Sequence record: SRR31156797_2530 | Direction: 5' to 3' (one strand) | DNA length: 64,000 nt | Shown here: positions 41,204-50,531 of the stretch, piece after piece | Numbering within the stretch: the first letter of the stretch is position 1 | How the letters are laid out: every line of letters begins with the position of its first letter | Position numbers and translations under genes: made by a program | Notes under the pieces: generated by a model | The model's database searches: none | Told to the model about the DNA's origin: nothing | Seen by the model: only the letters and a program-made list of their open reading frames with translations

Positions 41204-42229
41204 ATGTTAACTATCGCATATCTCGGAAACGGAAAAAGCACCAATCGCTACCATCTGCCTTTTTCAACCAAGCTACAGGATAAGATCAAAGTAAAGACGA
41301 TCTATTCTCCAAGCGGCAAGCTGACCTGGCCAACACTGGAAGACGTTCATTACACCTCTGACTTAGAGGATATTTACCGTGATCCTGAAATTCAATTAGT
41401 TGTGGTCACGACCCCTAGTCATTTGCATTATAAATTAGGCAAGGATGTCTTGCTCCATGGGAAAAATGTCTTGATCGAAAAACCTTTTACGGAAACCTCG
41501 GCACAAGCAAAGGAATTGTTCGCACTGGCGCAGGAAAAAGGCTTGTTTGTGCAATGCTATCAAAATCGCCGCTTTGATTCTGATTTTTTGACCACGCAAA
41601 AAGTGATCGAAAGCGGCGTGCTCGGAGATCTCTTAGAAGTAGAGATGCATTATGATTATTTTCGCCCAGAGATTCCACGGTCAGTGACCGAATTTTCACT
41701 GAATACTAGCTACTTGTATGGACACGCTTGTCATACACTGGATCAAGTGATCTCCTATTTTGGGCAACCAGACGATGTCCATTATGAGGTTCGGCAATTG
41801 CTTGGAAAAAATCGCATGAATGATTACTTCGATTTGGATCTGTTTTATGGTCGAATGAAAGTCTCAGTCAAATCTAGTTACTTCCGATTAAAAGAACGGC
41901 CTAGTTTCGTCGTTTATGGTGAAAACGGCGTTTTTGTTAAACAAACGAAGGATCGACAAGAAGAGCATCTAAAACAGTTTTATCTCCCGGATCATGCCGA
42001 TTTTGGGATCGATTTACCGGAACACTATGGCACACTAACTTATATGGATGCTAACGGTGACTACCATGAAGAAAAAGTCATCTCTGAAATTGGTGATTAT
42101 AGCCGTGTGTACGAGGGCGTCTATGAAACGATCATCAATGGCAAAGAGAAAATCGTGAAAGACGAAGAAACGATTTTACAAATCGAAATGCTAGAAACAG
42201 GCATCAATCAAATGATCACTGAGTCATAA
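41204..42229 (+). CDS. Gfo/Idh/MocA oxidoreductase (YhhX-like)
   Basis: GNGKSTNRYHLP, VLIEKPF, YQNRRFDSDF. Confidence 0.92.
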   Translation: MLTIAYLGNGKSTNRYHLPFSTKLQDKIKVKTIYSPSGKLTWPTLEDVHYTSDLEDIYRDPEIQLVVVTTPSHLHYKLGKDVLLHGKNVLIEKPFTETSAQAKELFALAQEKGLFVQCYQNRRFDSDFLTTQKVIESGVLGDLLEVEMHYDYFRPEIPRSVTEFSLNTSYLYGHACHTLDQVISYFGQPDDVHYEVRQLLGKNRMNDYFDLDLFYGRMKVSVKSSYFRLKERPSFVVYGENGVFVKQTKDRQEEHLKQFYLPDHADFGIDLPEHYGTLTYMDANGDYHEEKVISEIGDYSRVYEGVYETIINGKEKIVKDEETILQIEMLETGINQMITES

Positions 42230-42301
42230 GGCAGAGTGATTACGAGGCTTTTGACAAACAAAGCGCCTGAAGGCATCAACTGACTCATCGTAAAGGAGTA
42301 G

Positions 42302-42742
42302 ATACGAATCGAATCTTCAGGAATCCTGCAAGAAGAACAGCAGCTGCAGTTTGCTCATTTTGACAATGACCTCGCATTGCGATTGGTAATTGCCATTGAT
42401 CAGTACGTTAAAAGGAACTACCCGAAGCCTGTAGGGATCAAAGTTGTTCATCATGGCTTGCCGATCATTCGATTTTTAATGGCAGGGCGAAAAGAAAGCC
42501 CTTGGCTTGAAAGAAAAGAACGAACGGTACTAGAAAGCGGGCATAGTTCACTATACGTCTATGCGCAAAAAGATAGAGATATACAATTTGCTAAATGGGC
42601 ACAAGACGAACATTATGCAGTTTGTGGTGGTGGTTTTCCAATTATCGAAGATAGAGAAGTCACTGGTGCTATCTGTGTGTCAGGTTTGGCCCATTTAGAG
42701 GATCATAAAGTGATCACCGAGGTATTGAAACAAATGATCTAA
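42302..42742 (+). CDS. Heme-binding/GlcG-like (DUF336-type) protein; start codon uncertain
   Basis: ILQEEQQLQFAHFDNDLAL, WLERKERTV..GHSS, GGGFPI, ICVSGLAHLEDH; frame open from 42302. Confidence 0.75.
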   Translation: MRIESSGILQEEQQLQFAHFDNDLALRLVIAIDQYVKRNYPKPVGIKVVHHGLPIIRFLMAGRKESPWLERKERTVLESGHSSLYVYAQKDRDIQFAKWAQDEHYAVCGGGFPIIEDREVTGAICVSGLAHLEDHKVITEVLKQMI

Positions 42743-42765
42743 GAAGATAGAAAAGGGGAAGCAAG

Positions 42766-43743
42766 ATGAACTTAGCGATTTTAGGGGCAGGCATGATCGT
42801 CCATGATTTTTTGACGGTGGCAGGGGATGTCCCGCAGCTTGAACTGTCCGCTATTTTTGGGACAGAAAATGATTTAGAGAAAATGAATCACTTAAAACAG
42901 CAATACGGGATTCAAACCGTCTATACAGAGTTAGGGTCATGTTTGGCGGATCCCTTCGTTGACACCGTGTATGTCGCATTGCCCAATCATTTGCATTTTT
43001 CCTTTGCCAAAGAAGCGATCCTCGCTGGCAAACACGTCATTTGTGAAAAGCCATTTACGTTGCAGACACGAGAATTAGTAGAATTAACAGAATTGGCTGC
43101 TGCCCATGGGGTGCTTTTGATGGAAGCCATCACGAATCAGTACTTAGCCAACTACCAAGGAATAAAAGCGCAGCTTGAAACATTGGGAGAGCTGAAAGTG
43201 ATTGAATGCAACTATTCGCAATATTCTTCTCGTTATGATTCATTCAAAGAGGGAATCGTTTTACCTGCATTTAACCCAAAAATGGGTGGTGGGGCATTGA
43301 TGGATATCAATATCTATAATATTCATTTTGTGGTCGGGCTTTTAGGAAAACCTAAAAGTGTCCGCTATTTTGCTAATGTCGAAGAGGGGATCGATACTTC
43401 TGGCATGCTGTTTTTAGACTATGAACAAACAAAAGTCGTTTGTATTGGCGCCAAAGATTCGACAGCGACGATTCGCTCAACGATCCAAGGGACGAAAGGA
43501 TCGATCATCGTCAATGGACCGACGAATATGCTTGCCAGCTATGACGTTGAACCGGTCAATGGGGCAAAAAGCCATCAGGATCAAAGCGTTCACGGACATC
43601 GTATGTTTGAAGAATTTGCCCGTTTTGCACAAGCCATTCACGAAAATGATCATGCCTTTGTCAAGGAACGCCTTGCACATAGCAAGCTGGTGATGGAAGT
43701 AGTGGAAAAAGCATTGGCAGATGCCCAGATTGTATTAGGATAA
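42766..43743 (+). CDS. Gfo/Idh/MocA oxidoreductase
   Basis: ILGAGMIV, HVICEKPF, YSQYSSRY, GGALMDINIY. Confidence 0.93.
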   Translation: MNLAILGAGMIVHDFLTVAGDVPQLELSAIFGTENDLEKMNHLKQQYGIQTVYTELGSCLADPFVDTVYVALPNHLHFSFAKEAILAGKHVICEKPFTLQTRELVELTELAAAHGVLLMEAITNQYLANYQGIKAQLETLGELKVIECNYSQYSSRYDSFKEGIVLPAFNPKMGGGALMDINIYNIHFVVGLLGKPKSVRYFANVEEGIDTSGMLFLDYEQTKVVCIGAKDSTATIRSTIQGTKGSIIVNGPTNMLASYDVEPVNGAKSHQDQSVHGHRMFEEFARFAQAIHENDHAFVKERLAHSKLVMEVVEKALADAQIVLG

Positions 43744-43805
43744 TCGCATCAATGTGGAAAGACACCAGCTTCTTAGAGAAGTTGCTGGTGTCTTTGTCTG
43801 TTGTC

Positions 43806-43994
43806 TTATTTTTTCTTCTTTAAACTCAATAAGGTTAGTGGGATACCCAAGGTGAGATAGCCGACAATTGTCATCAAACAGACGACCAGCCAAAAGTTAT
43901 CTACTGCTAGAAACGCAATCAGGCCATAGGCCACCAGAATCGAGAGGAAATAAAAAAGAAAGAGCTGAAAAAAACGTTTAAAACTCACAGTCAT
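43806..43994 (-). CDS. Small two-TM membrane protein
   Basis: RBS AAAGGAG; two hydrophobic helices, basic tail. Confidence 0.7.
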   Translation of the reverse strand: MTVSFKRFFQLFLFYFLSILVAYGLIAFLAVDNFWLVVCLMTIVGYLTLGIPLTLLSLKKKK

Positions 43995-44174
43995 TCATTC
44001 TCCTTTGTCGTTAAACTGACAAGAAAAGTATACCATATCAAACGCAATTTTAAGGGATGATTGTGATCATTCGCAGGAGCCTTTAAAGGCGAATTGTTTT
44101 GTGGGCTGACCGTGATTCGCTATACTTGAAGGGAAGAGAAAGAGCAGGATTTTTTTAAGAGAAGGAGGAGACAG

Positions 44175-45500
44175 ATGAAAAAGGTGGATGTACTGATTAT
44201 CGGAGCGGGTCCAGCTGGTACGGCTGCTGCCTACGGGTTAAAAGCCAAAGGAAAGACAGTGGCGATCGTCGAAGCTGATTTATGGGGTGGCACGTGCCCC
44301 AATCGCGGGTGCGATCCGAAAAAACTACTGATGCGAGGCGTAGAAGTCAAAACAGAGGCGAAACGTATGCAAGGCAATGGCGTTCAAGGGCAGGTAGCCA
44401 TTGATTGGCCGGCACTGATGGCGTTTAAGCGCTCGTATACTGATCGTGTGCCGGAGTCAACCAAACAAGGGTTACTAGCAGAAGGAATCACTACTTACTA
44501 CGGACAAGCCGCTTTTCGTGATGCCCATACGGTCGTCGTGGACGCCGAAGAGATTCAAGCAGAAAAAATAATCATTGCGACAGGACAGCGTCCAGCCGTA
44601 CTACCAATCGTCGGCAAGGAGCATTTACAAAACAGTACTGATTTTCTTTCCTTTGAAAAGATGCCAGCAACGATTGCTTTCATAGGTGCTGGATATATTA
44701 CCTTCGAATTGGCGATGATCGCTCAAGCAGCAGGTGCTGAAGTTCATGTGATTCATCATAATGACCAGCCACTAAAAGGATTTGATGCTGAATTGACCGC
44801 AGAAATGGTTCGTTCAATGCAGGACCAAGGTGTTTCGTTTCACTTTAACCAGAACACACAGCGAATCATGAAAGAACAAAACCACTATACAATTCAGACA
44901 CAAGCGTTGTCTCTCACCGTAGAAGCAGTGATTGGTGCCACGGGACGCAGACCCAATAGCGATCAGCTGCAACTGGAAAAGGCAGGGGTAGAAACGTCAA
45001 AACAAGGGATCGTTGTAAATGAGTTTTTGCAGACTAGTCAAACACACATCTACGCAATCGGAGATGTGCTAGCGAAAAAGCAGCCAAAACTGACGCCTGT
45101 TGCTAGCTTTGAAGCCGCCTATCTTGTCGAGCATATAGATGACCAGAAAACGCCCATCCGCTATCCACTGATCCCTACACTAGTTTTTGGTGCGGAAAAA
45201 CTGGCAAGAGTCGGGATCAGTGAGCAAGAGATTGCCGATAATGCCTCAGAATATCATAGTGAGGTGATAGATCTTTCTTCTTGGTATACCTATCGACGAA
45301 TCAATGATCAAGAGGCAAAAATCAAATTGGTTTATGACACATTTGATACAATCGTTGCTGTCACGATTTTTTCTGCACTGGCGGATGAGTTGATCAACCA
45401 CTTCGTTTTTGTGTTGGAAAATCAGCTATCGAAAGAAGCACTGGCACAAATGATTTTTGCCTACCCCACACCTGCTAGCGATTTGTCCTATTTTCTATAA
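44175..45500 (+). CDS. Pyridine nucleotide-disulfide reductase (glutathione reductase-like)
   Basis: GAGPAG, GGTCPNRGCDP redox disulfide, GAGYI, IYAIGD, AYPT. Confidence 0.9.
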   Translation: MKKVDVLIIGAGPAGTAAAYGLKAKGKTVAIVEADLWGGTCPNRGCDPKKLLMRGVEVKTEAKRMQGNGVQGQVAIDWPALMAFKRSYTDRVPESTKQGLLAEGITTYYGQAAFRDAHTVVVDAEEIQAEKIIIATGQRPAVLPIVGKEHLQNSTDFLSFEKMPATIAFIGAGYITFELAMIAQAAGAEVHVIHHNDQPLKGFDAELTAEMVRSMQDQGVSFHFNQNTQRIMKEQNHYTIQTQALSLTVEAVIGATGRRPNSDQLQLEKAGVETSKQGIVVNEFLQTSQTHIYAIGDVLAKKQPKLTPVASFEAAYLVEHIDDQKTPIRYPLIPTLVFGAEKLARVGISEQEIADNASEYHSEVIDLSSWYTYRRINDQEAKIKLVYDTFDTIVAVTIFSALADELINHFVFVLENQLSKEALAQMIFAYPTPASDLSYFL

Positions 45501-45504
45501 ATAA

Positions 45505-45557
45505 ACAAACAAGCCTGCGCTAGTTTCCGCTAGCACAGGCTCTAAATTATTATGTCC
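45505..45557 (-). ncRNA. Candidate small RNA behind a CiaR-type promoter
   Basis: Minus strand TTTAAG-N5-TTTAAG-N10-TATAGT (45596-45564), a short unpaired segment, then a 12-bp hairpin (45512-45541) with U-rich tail. Confidence 0.4.
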
Positions 45558-45648
45558 GTATTGACTATAGTCTGCCAACCTTAAATGAACCTTAAAGTTA
45601 GGCTGGGTTTCATTTAAGCAATGTCTTTGTTTTCTAGTAACCCTAGGT

Positions 45649-45885
45649 TTAGGCTTTTTTTGAAAGCCGACGGACAGCAACAATCAGTAAGATCGATGAC
45701 AAGAAGAGTCCGACCAAATAGATGATGAAAATAGAATCTGGCTCATAGTGCCGATAATTGAATATTTTTACCATAAAAAAGAGAAACGGGATCGCTGCAA
45801 TAAGGGTTGAAACGAAACGTTTCCGCCATTGTATGAAAAACGATCCAATCACTAGAAAAAGACAAAACGGGATCCAAAAGACCAA
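45649..45885 (-). CDS. Small three-TM membrane protein (start may be near 45897)
   Basis: Hydrophobic helices; RBS GGAGGTG upstream. Confidence 0.6.
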   Translation of the reverse strand: MVFWIPFCLFLVIGSFFIQWRKRFVSTLIAAIPFLFFMVKIFNYRHYEPDSIFIIYLVGLFLSSILLIVAVRRLSKKA

Positions 45886-46218
45886 ATGTCCGATAAGTTC
45901 GATTTTTCACACCTCCTAGCAAGTAAAATCATCATAACGTTTCTTCCTAAAAAGCAAGCGTGAATGAAAAAATAATCTCATTAGGCATGTATGAAATTAT
46001 GAGTGGAGTCTTCTGAAAAGTTCACAAGAAATCTGAGAATTTCAAAAGGAAATGAAAAAACGGGCGGTTAGGAATGTCCCAATAGTCCGAGACAAGAAAG
46101 CACCTCTTGCAGCATTCGTTTTCACTTGAATCCTGCAAGAGGTGCTCTTCCGTAGAAAATCTGGTGCTTTATTCAATTGATATCAAAGAAATGATTAGGA
46201 AGGAACGGCAGTCTTTTT

Positions 46219-47013
46219 TTATGGCAAGATATTCTTACTATACAAAAGGGAAATGATCATACCTATATCCAATAGATCCTTATAATAAAATCCTTTCAGT
46301 GGACCAAAGTGTAAGAAAAATCCGAGAATCAGTAATACAAACAGCAGCAGGAAGAGCAGGTTGAAAATGGTCATCAAGCGAAAACTGAAATGCCAATTAC
46401 TCAAGAAATACTGATATTTGGCTGCTCTGTAAATTTTGTTTTGAATTGGAATTTTCTTGAGTGCAGGGATCGATTCATGATAGGACGTAAATAATTCGTA
46501 GTCTTTTTTCGTCAGCACTTCTGAGAAAATGTGCGTCCCCGCTTGAAAGTCGAAATAGCCCCAATGGAATTGTTCTTTATCCTCTGGTGATTCGTGCTTC
46601 ATCAGCTTTCTTGGCTTGATGGTGAAGGCTTTGATGTTCTCATAGGGGTAACTGAAATAGGTGTTACTTTCTAAATAGTCGATGATGACCAGAAAAAGCA
46701 TTCGGGTTTCTGTGAAAACCAACAAACGATTGCCGCGGGTATCATGAAAGATGTCACGGTATGCTTTTGCTTTCTCAGTTGTTGCATACGCATAGGCGCC
46801 AAGCCCTTGGTTGGCGAAGGCGAGGTTTCCATCTGGCGTCAAAGGCAGATAGCCAAGAATCGTTTCGTCTTTTGCTAAAAGCGTCCGAAGCTCCTCTAAT
46901 AGATCTTGCAAGAAAACATATTGTTTGGACAGCTCGAAGGTTGTTGCTTTTTCTTGTTCAGTTACTTTTATCAGTGATTTATTTTCATTTAAGACTAACT
47001 GTTTAAAATCCAT
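46219..47013 (-). CDS. Hypothetical protein with C-terminal TM, coupled to ECF sigma (possible anti-sigma)
   Basis: Overlaps the sigma stop; soluble N-domain, hydrophobic C-terminus. Confidence 0.75.
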   Translation of the reverse strand: MDFKQLVLNENKSLIKVTEQEKATTFELSKQYVFLQDLLEELRTLLAKDETILGYLPLTPDGNLAFANQGLGAYAYATTEKAKAYRDIFHDTRGNRLLVFTETRMLFLVIIDYLESNTYFSYPYENIKAFTIKPRKLMKHESPEDKEQFHWGYFDFQAGTHIFSEVLTKKDYELFTSYHESIPALKKIPIQNKIYRAAKYQYFLSNWHFSFRLMTIFNLLFLLLFVLLILGFFLHFGPLKGFYYKDLLDIGMIISLLYSKNILP

Positions 47014-47542
47014 CGATAGTCATCCTTTCTTTTAAGCGTTTGCGGCCACGGGAAAGACGATTGTAGATTGCTGAGACATTTAAGTCCGTCTGCTCTGCGA
47101 TGGTTTCGGGTGATTCCTGATAAAAATAGTAGAGCAGAAAGATCCTTTGATCAAGGGCTTCAAGGTCTTCAATAAAGCCCAAAAAGTTTTCCTTTGTTAA
47201 AGGTGATTCTTCAATAGCTAGTTCCTGCTCATCAACAGGTTTTTCTTCCAATGAGCGCTTGTTCAACTTTCGCTTGTGGTCAATCGCACGACTACGACTG
47301 ATCAAAAGCAGCCAAGTAATCAAGCGGCTTCTGTCAGGTTGATACGCAGCAATCTTTTGCCAAACCTCGTAAAAAACTTCGTTCGCTACATCTTGGCGCT
47401 CGCTCACTTCATGCGGTTGGGAGAGGACACTATGAATCGTCCTCAGCATGCTATCACCATAAACAGCTAACAGTTCTTCTAAGCCGGCATAGTCTTTCTT
47501 TTTGATTCGTTCAATGATTTCTTCATCCTGCACCTTTTTCAC
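47003..47542 (-). CDS. ECF RNA polymerase sigma factor
   Basis: DVANEVFYEVW, TWLLLISRSRAID region 2; IAEQ..SAIYNRLSRGRKRL region 4. Confidence 0.92.
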   Translation of the reverse strand: MKKVQDEEIIERIKKKDYAGLEELLAVYGDSMLRTIHSVLSQPHEVSERQDVANEVFYEVWQKIAAYQPDRSRLITWLLLISRSRAIDHKRKLNKRSLEEKPVDEQELAIEESPLTKENFLGFIEDLEALDQRIFLLYYFYQESPETIAEQTDLNVSAIYNRLSRGRKRLKERMTIDGF

Positions 47543-47603
47543 CCCTTCACACTATATACGAAGAATGTTTGCCTTTTCTATCAGAAAAAGAAAAAAACCT
47601 CTG

Positions 47604-47996
47604 TTAACGAGGTTCATGTTCTTTGGCCAGAAGATCTGTTGCCAAGCGCTGGGCCAAATATTCCCAAAGAATGCCGCCAAAAAAAGCGCCTATCATATAA
47701 AGAATGACTGCTTGCAGCTCCAATGGATTATTTGCTAGCCAGAAAGAAAATAGCGAGCCGATGATGAATAGGTAGCTGCCAAAAAGCACTTGCCGCCACG
47801 AGCGTTTTTTAACAAACTTGCTAATGAGAAAGGTTGAAAGGATCATCAAGAGAATTTGGATGAATGCCAGCGAAGGCAAAAGTGCAAAGTCAGAAACAAC
47901 CATTTCCCAAAATTGTTGAATCAAGAAAAAGAAAGCAAAGAGAATGAGCCCGCGTGAGAATATACTAAGCCGCAAGGAAGATATTTTTTTTCGCAT
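47604..47996 (-). CDS. Four-TM membrane protein
   Basis: RBS AAGGAG; four hydrophobic helices. Confidence 0.7.
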   Translation of the reverse strand: MRKKISSLRLSIFSRGLILFAFFFLIQQFWEMVVSDFALLPSLAFIQILLMILSTFLISKFVKKRSWRQVLFGSYLFIIGSLFSFWLANNPLELQAVILYMIGAFFGGILWEYLAQRLATDLLAKEHEPR

Positions 47997-48157
47997 TGGT
48001 TTACTCCTTGAAAGGTTTTCTTTATTATAGCAAATTTTTAGTTAAACAATGTAAAAAGATGAACGAGAAGGTCTGCAAAAAACTTCTCCTAAGTATGCGC
48101 TCTTTTAGTATACTTGAAAGAAACGAGTGGATGGACTCGATACATGAGGAGGATTGC

Positions 48158-49402
48158 ATGCCAATGATTCTTTTTGCACCTGCGGTATTCAACTTGGCTG
48201 AAACGACACGGATGATCGAAGTCGCTAAACAAATGCAAGGAAATCACCACTGTGAGTTCTTTGGTTTTTCAAAGACCTTTGCTTCACTTATCATTGAAAG
48301 TGGTTTTACGTACCATTTATTGACGCCGACTCTTACAGAAAAACAAGAGGAACAGATCATAAAATTAGATCAACTGCGCTCATTCAAAAATCCCTTCACC
48401 AAAGAGATGGTTGCTGCGCGTATTCTGAGCGAAAAAAAACTGGTCGACAAGCTTGCTCCTCAGGTGATTGTAACTGGATCGAATGTCACGATCTTTCTAT
48501 CTGCTCGCAGCAAACAGATTCCCTTAGTCTACGTAAAACCCTATGCGATGAGTGATCCCTTTTTTCGATCAGATAGCGCGTTTATCCCTTCTAGTTTGCG
48601 TTTCTTCGGACCGTTAAGGAAACCACTTTGGTATTGGACAAGAAAACAATTGGTAAAATCCCGCTGGATGCCCCGAGCATTCAAACACGCTGCCCAAACA
48701 GAAAAACTTTCTATGCCTGAAACGAGCTTACGAATGATGGACGCTGATTTAAATCTCATCACCACTCCTGAACGCTTTATAACAAAAGAGCTGCTGCCAG
48801 ATAATTATCGAATCGTGGGGCCGATTTTTGCCAAGATGGGGGCGTCCTTGCCAGAAGAAGTGTTGACTTTTATTGAACAAAAGCGGCGGGAAAGAAAACG
48901 AATCGTTTATTTTGCAATGGGCAGTTCGGGGAATCCGCGCATGGTGCGAAAAATCTTAGCTTTCTTACAAAACCGTCCGGAACTAGCGATCATTGCTCCG
49001 GTTACGCATCTACTCAAGGGGAAACACAACGTCTCAGAGAATTTGTTCCTGACCGAATATCTGCCAAGTCATCTATTGCATGAGCATATCGATTTTTCTT
49101 TTATCCATGGTGGGGAAGGGACTGTTCAAACAGCTTGTGCCTCTGGGAAGCCGTTTATCGGAATCGGGATGCACTATGAGCAAAGCTGCAATATTCAGTA
49201 CTGCGTGGCGTATGGCAATGCAATTGCACTGACAAAACCAGTAACTGAGAAAAATCTGGAAACTGCTCTGACAGAGGTTGGAGATCTGAAGATTTGCCAA
49301 CAAGCCTGCCAGCTAAAGAATCATTTCCCGACAAATGGTCCTCAGAAGGCGATGCAGGAGATTGAGCACTTTTTAGAAATAAACAATAGTGATTATCATT
49401 GA
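48158..49402 (+). CDS. GT-B glycosyltransferase (GT1/MGT-like)
   Basis: NLAETTR, YFAMGSSG, IHGGEGTVQTACASGKP..EQ; RBS GAGGAGG before ATG 48158. Confidence 0.85.
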   Translation: MPMILFAPAVFNLAETTRMIEVAKQMQGNHHCEFFGFSKTFASLIIESGFTYHLLTPTLTEKQEEQIIKLDQLRSFKNPFTKEMVAARILSEKKLVDKLAPQVIVTGSNVTIFLSARSKQIPLVYVKPYAMSDPFFRSDSAFIPSSLRFFGPLRKPLWYWTRKQLVKSRWMPRAFKHAAQTEKLSMPETSLRMMDADLNLITTPERFITKELLPDNYRIVGPIFAKMGASLPEEVLTFIEQKRRERKRIVYFAMGSSGNPRMVRKILAFLQNRPELAIIAPVTHLLKGKHNVSENLFLTEYLPSHLLHEHIDFSFIHGGEGTVQTACASGKPFIGIGMHYEQSCNIQYCVAYGNAIALTKPVTEKNLETALTEVGDLKICQQACQLKNHFPTNGPQKAMQEIEHFLEINNSDYH

Positions 49403-49417
49403 GATAATCACTATTGT

Positions 49418-49903
49418 TTAATAGAGATCTAATAGCATCAGCAAACCTGGGACCCACGTAGTGAAGATACCGCAAGCGATCGCAAAATAATGAATCTTAC
49501 GACCAAAGTTTACCTTCACGATCGTATCCAAAAAGCCGCAAAACCATAATGCTCCCCATGTTAACCAAATCAGTGCAAAAAGGGGATCTTGCTCCCATTG
49601 CCAAGAGACCCAGGCAAAAGGCAAGGTATTGATGGCTACGAATAGCGCAAAAATTCCATAAATCCGTAGATCCAAACCAAAGAGATAAATAATTCCTACT
49701 AGTAAATACGTGAAGGCAAAGAGAAAGCCTGTGCCTGCTTCATAATAAGCACCTTGGAGCATATAGATTAGATTGATAATGAAAGATAACGAACCTGTAA
49801 AAAGATTAATTAAAGCAAGTGAACGATAGTCAATGTGAAGTAAACTTCCCCAGCCGTTGATTATCAAAGTAATTCCTACAAAAAATAAGCCGATCCCTAA
49901 CAT
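49418..49903 (-). CDS. AmiS/UreI family urea/amide channel
   Basis: MLGIGLFFVG..LIING, NLFTG, FLFAFTYL, FALFVAIN, W..WG.LW, WVPG. Confidence 0.9.
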   Translation of the reverse strand: MLGIGLFFVGITLIINGWGSLLHIDYRSLALINLFTGSLSFIINLIYMLQGAYYEAGTGFLFAFTYLLVGIIYLFGLDLRIYGIFALFVAINTLPFAWVSWQWEQDPLFALIWLTWGALWFCGFLDTIVKVNFGRKIHYFAIACGIFTTWVPGLLMLLDLY

Positions 49904-50244
49904 AAAATCCTCCTTTACTTAAATTTAGAATAACAAATTCCAAGAAAAAACAATACCTTTATTTATTTTTATGTCAATAAAAAGGAAAATAATTTTCAAA
50001 TTTAATATTTTTTGCTGTTAAATTTGATAAAATCAATAACAAAGAGCGCTGCTTGCCGATGTTTTTCTCGTTAAGGGGAAAATTCCAGCGTTTAAAAGGA
50101 ACTTTAACTCGTTGGAAGAATGGGAAAAGAGAGAGGAACAATAGATTTTCAGTGTATTAATTGGACAAAAAGCTGACGAGGCAGTAGCTTATCGGTTTTT
50201 ACGAATTTGCAGCAGTGAAGACTGTTTTGCGGAAAGGAGGAATT

Positions 50245-50499
50245 ATGCCGAGAAAAGATCGAATCTTACTTTTTATTGACGAATATATGCAAGCTCAAGG
50301 TTGCGCACCTACCATACGAGAAATCTGTGCCAATGAAGAGATAAAAACAACTTCTTTGGTTTATCGTCATTTATTGCGTCTTGAAAAAAGAGGCCTGATT
50401 TACCGAGCTTATCGCTTTAAGTCACGTTCGGTTCGTTTTACAGACGAAGGGAAGGCCTATGTCAAAGTGTTGCGACAAGCACAAGCCAACGAAGAATAA
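50245..50499 (+). CDS. Stand-alone LexA-type DNA-binding domain protein
   Basis: ILLFI..Y..QGCAPTIREIC..TTSLVYRHLLRLEKRGLI..KSRSV; no peptidase domain. Confidence 0.8.
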   Translation: MPRKDRILLFIDEYMQAQGCAPTIREICANEEIKTTSLVYRHLLRLEKRGLIYRAYRFKSRSVRFTDEGKAYVKVLRQAQANEE

Positions 50500-50531
50500 A
50501 TAAAACCAAAATAAAAAAGCCTAAGGCTTTT

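Noticed and set aside
47996-48157. Longer N-terminus for the glycosyltransferase
   Set aside because: Intergenic promoter DNA; strong RBS precedes ATG 48158
50170-50215. TGACGAGG-N7-TTATCG resembles the glmS ribozyme core
   Set aside because: No properly placed AGCGCC 5' element, no partner strand for the N7 segment, and the downstream gene is not glmS
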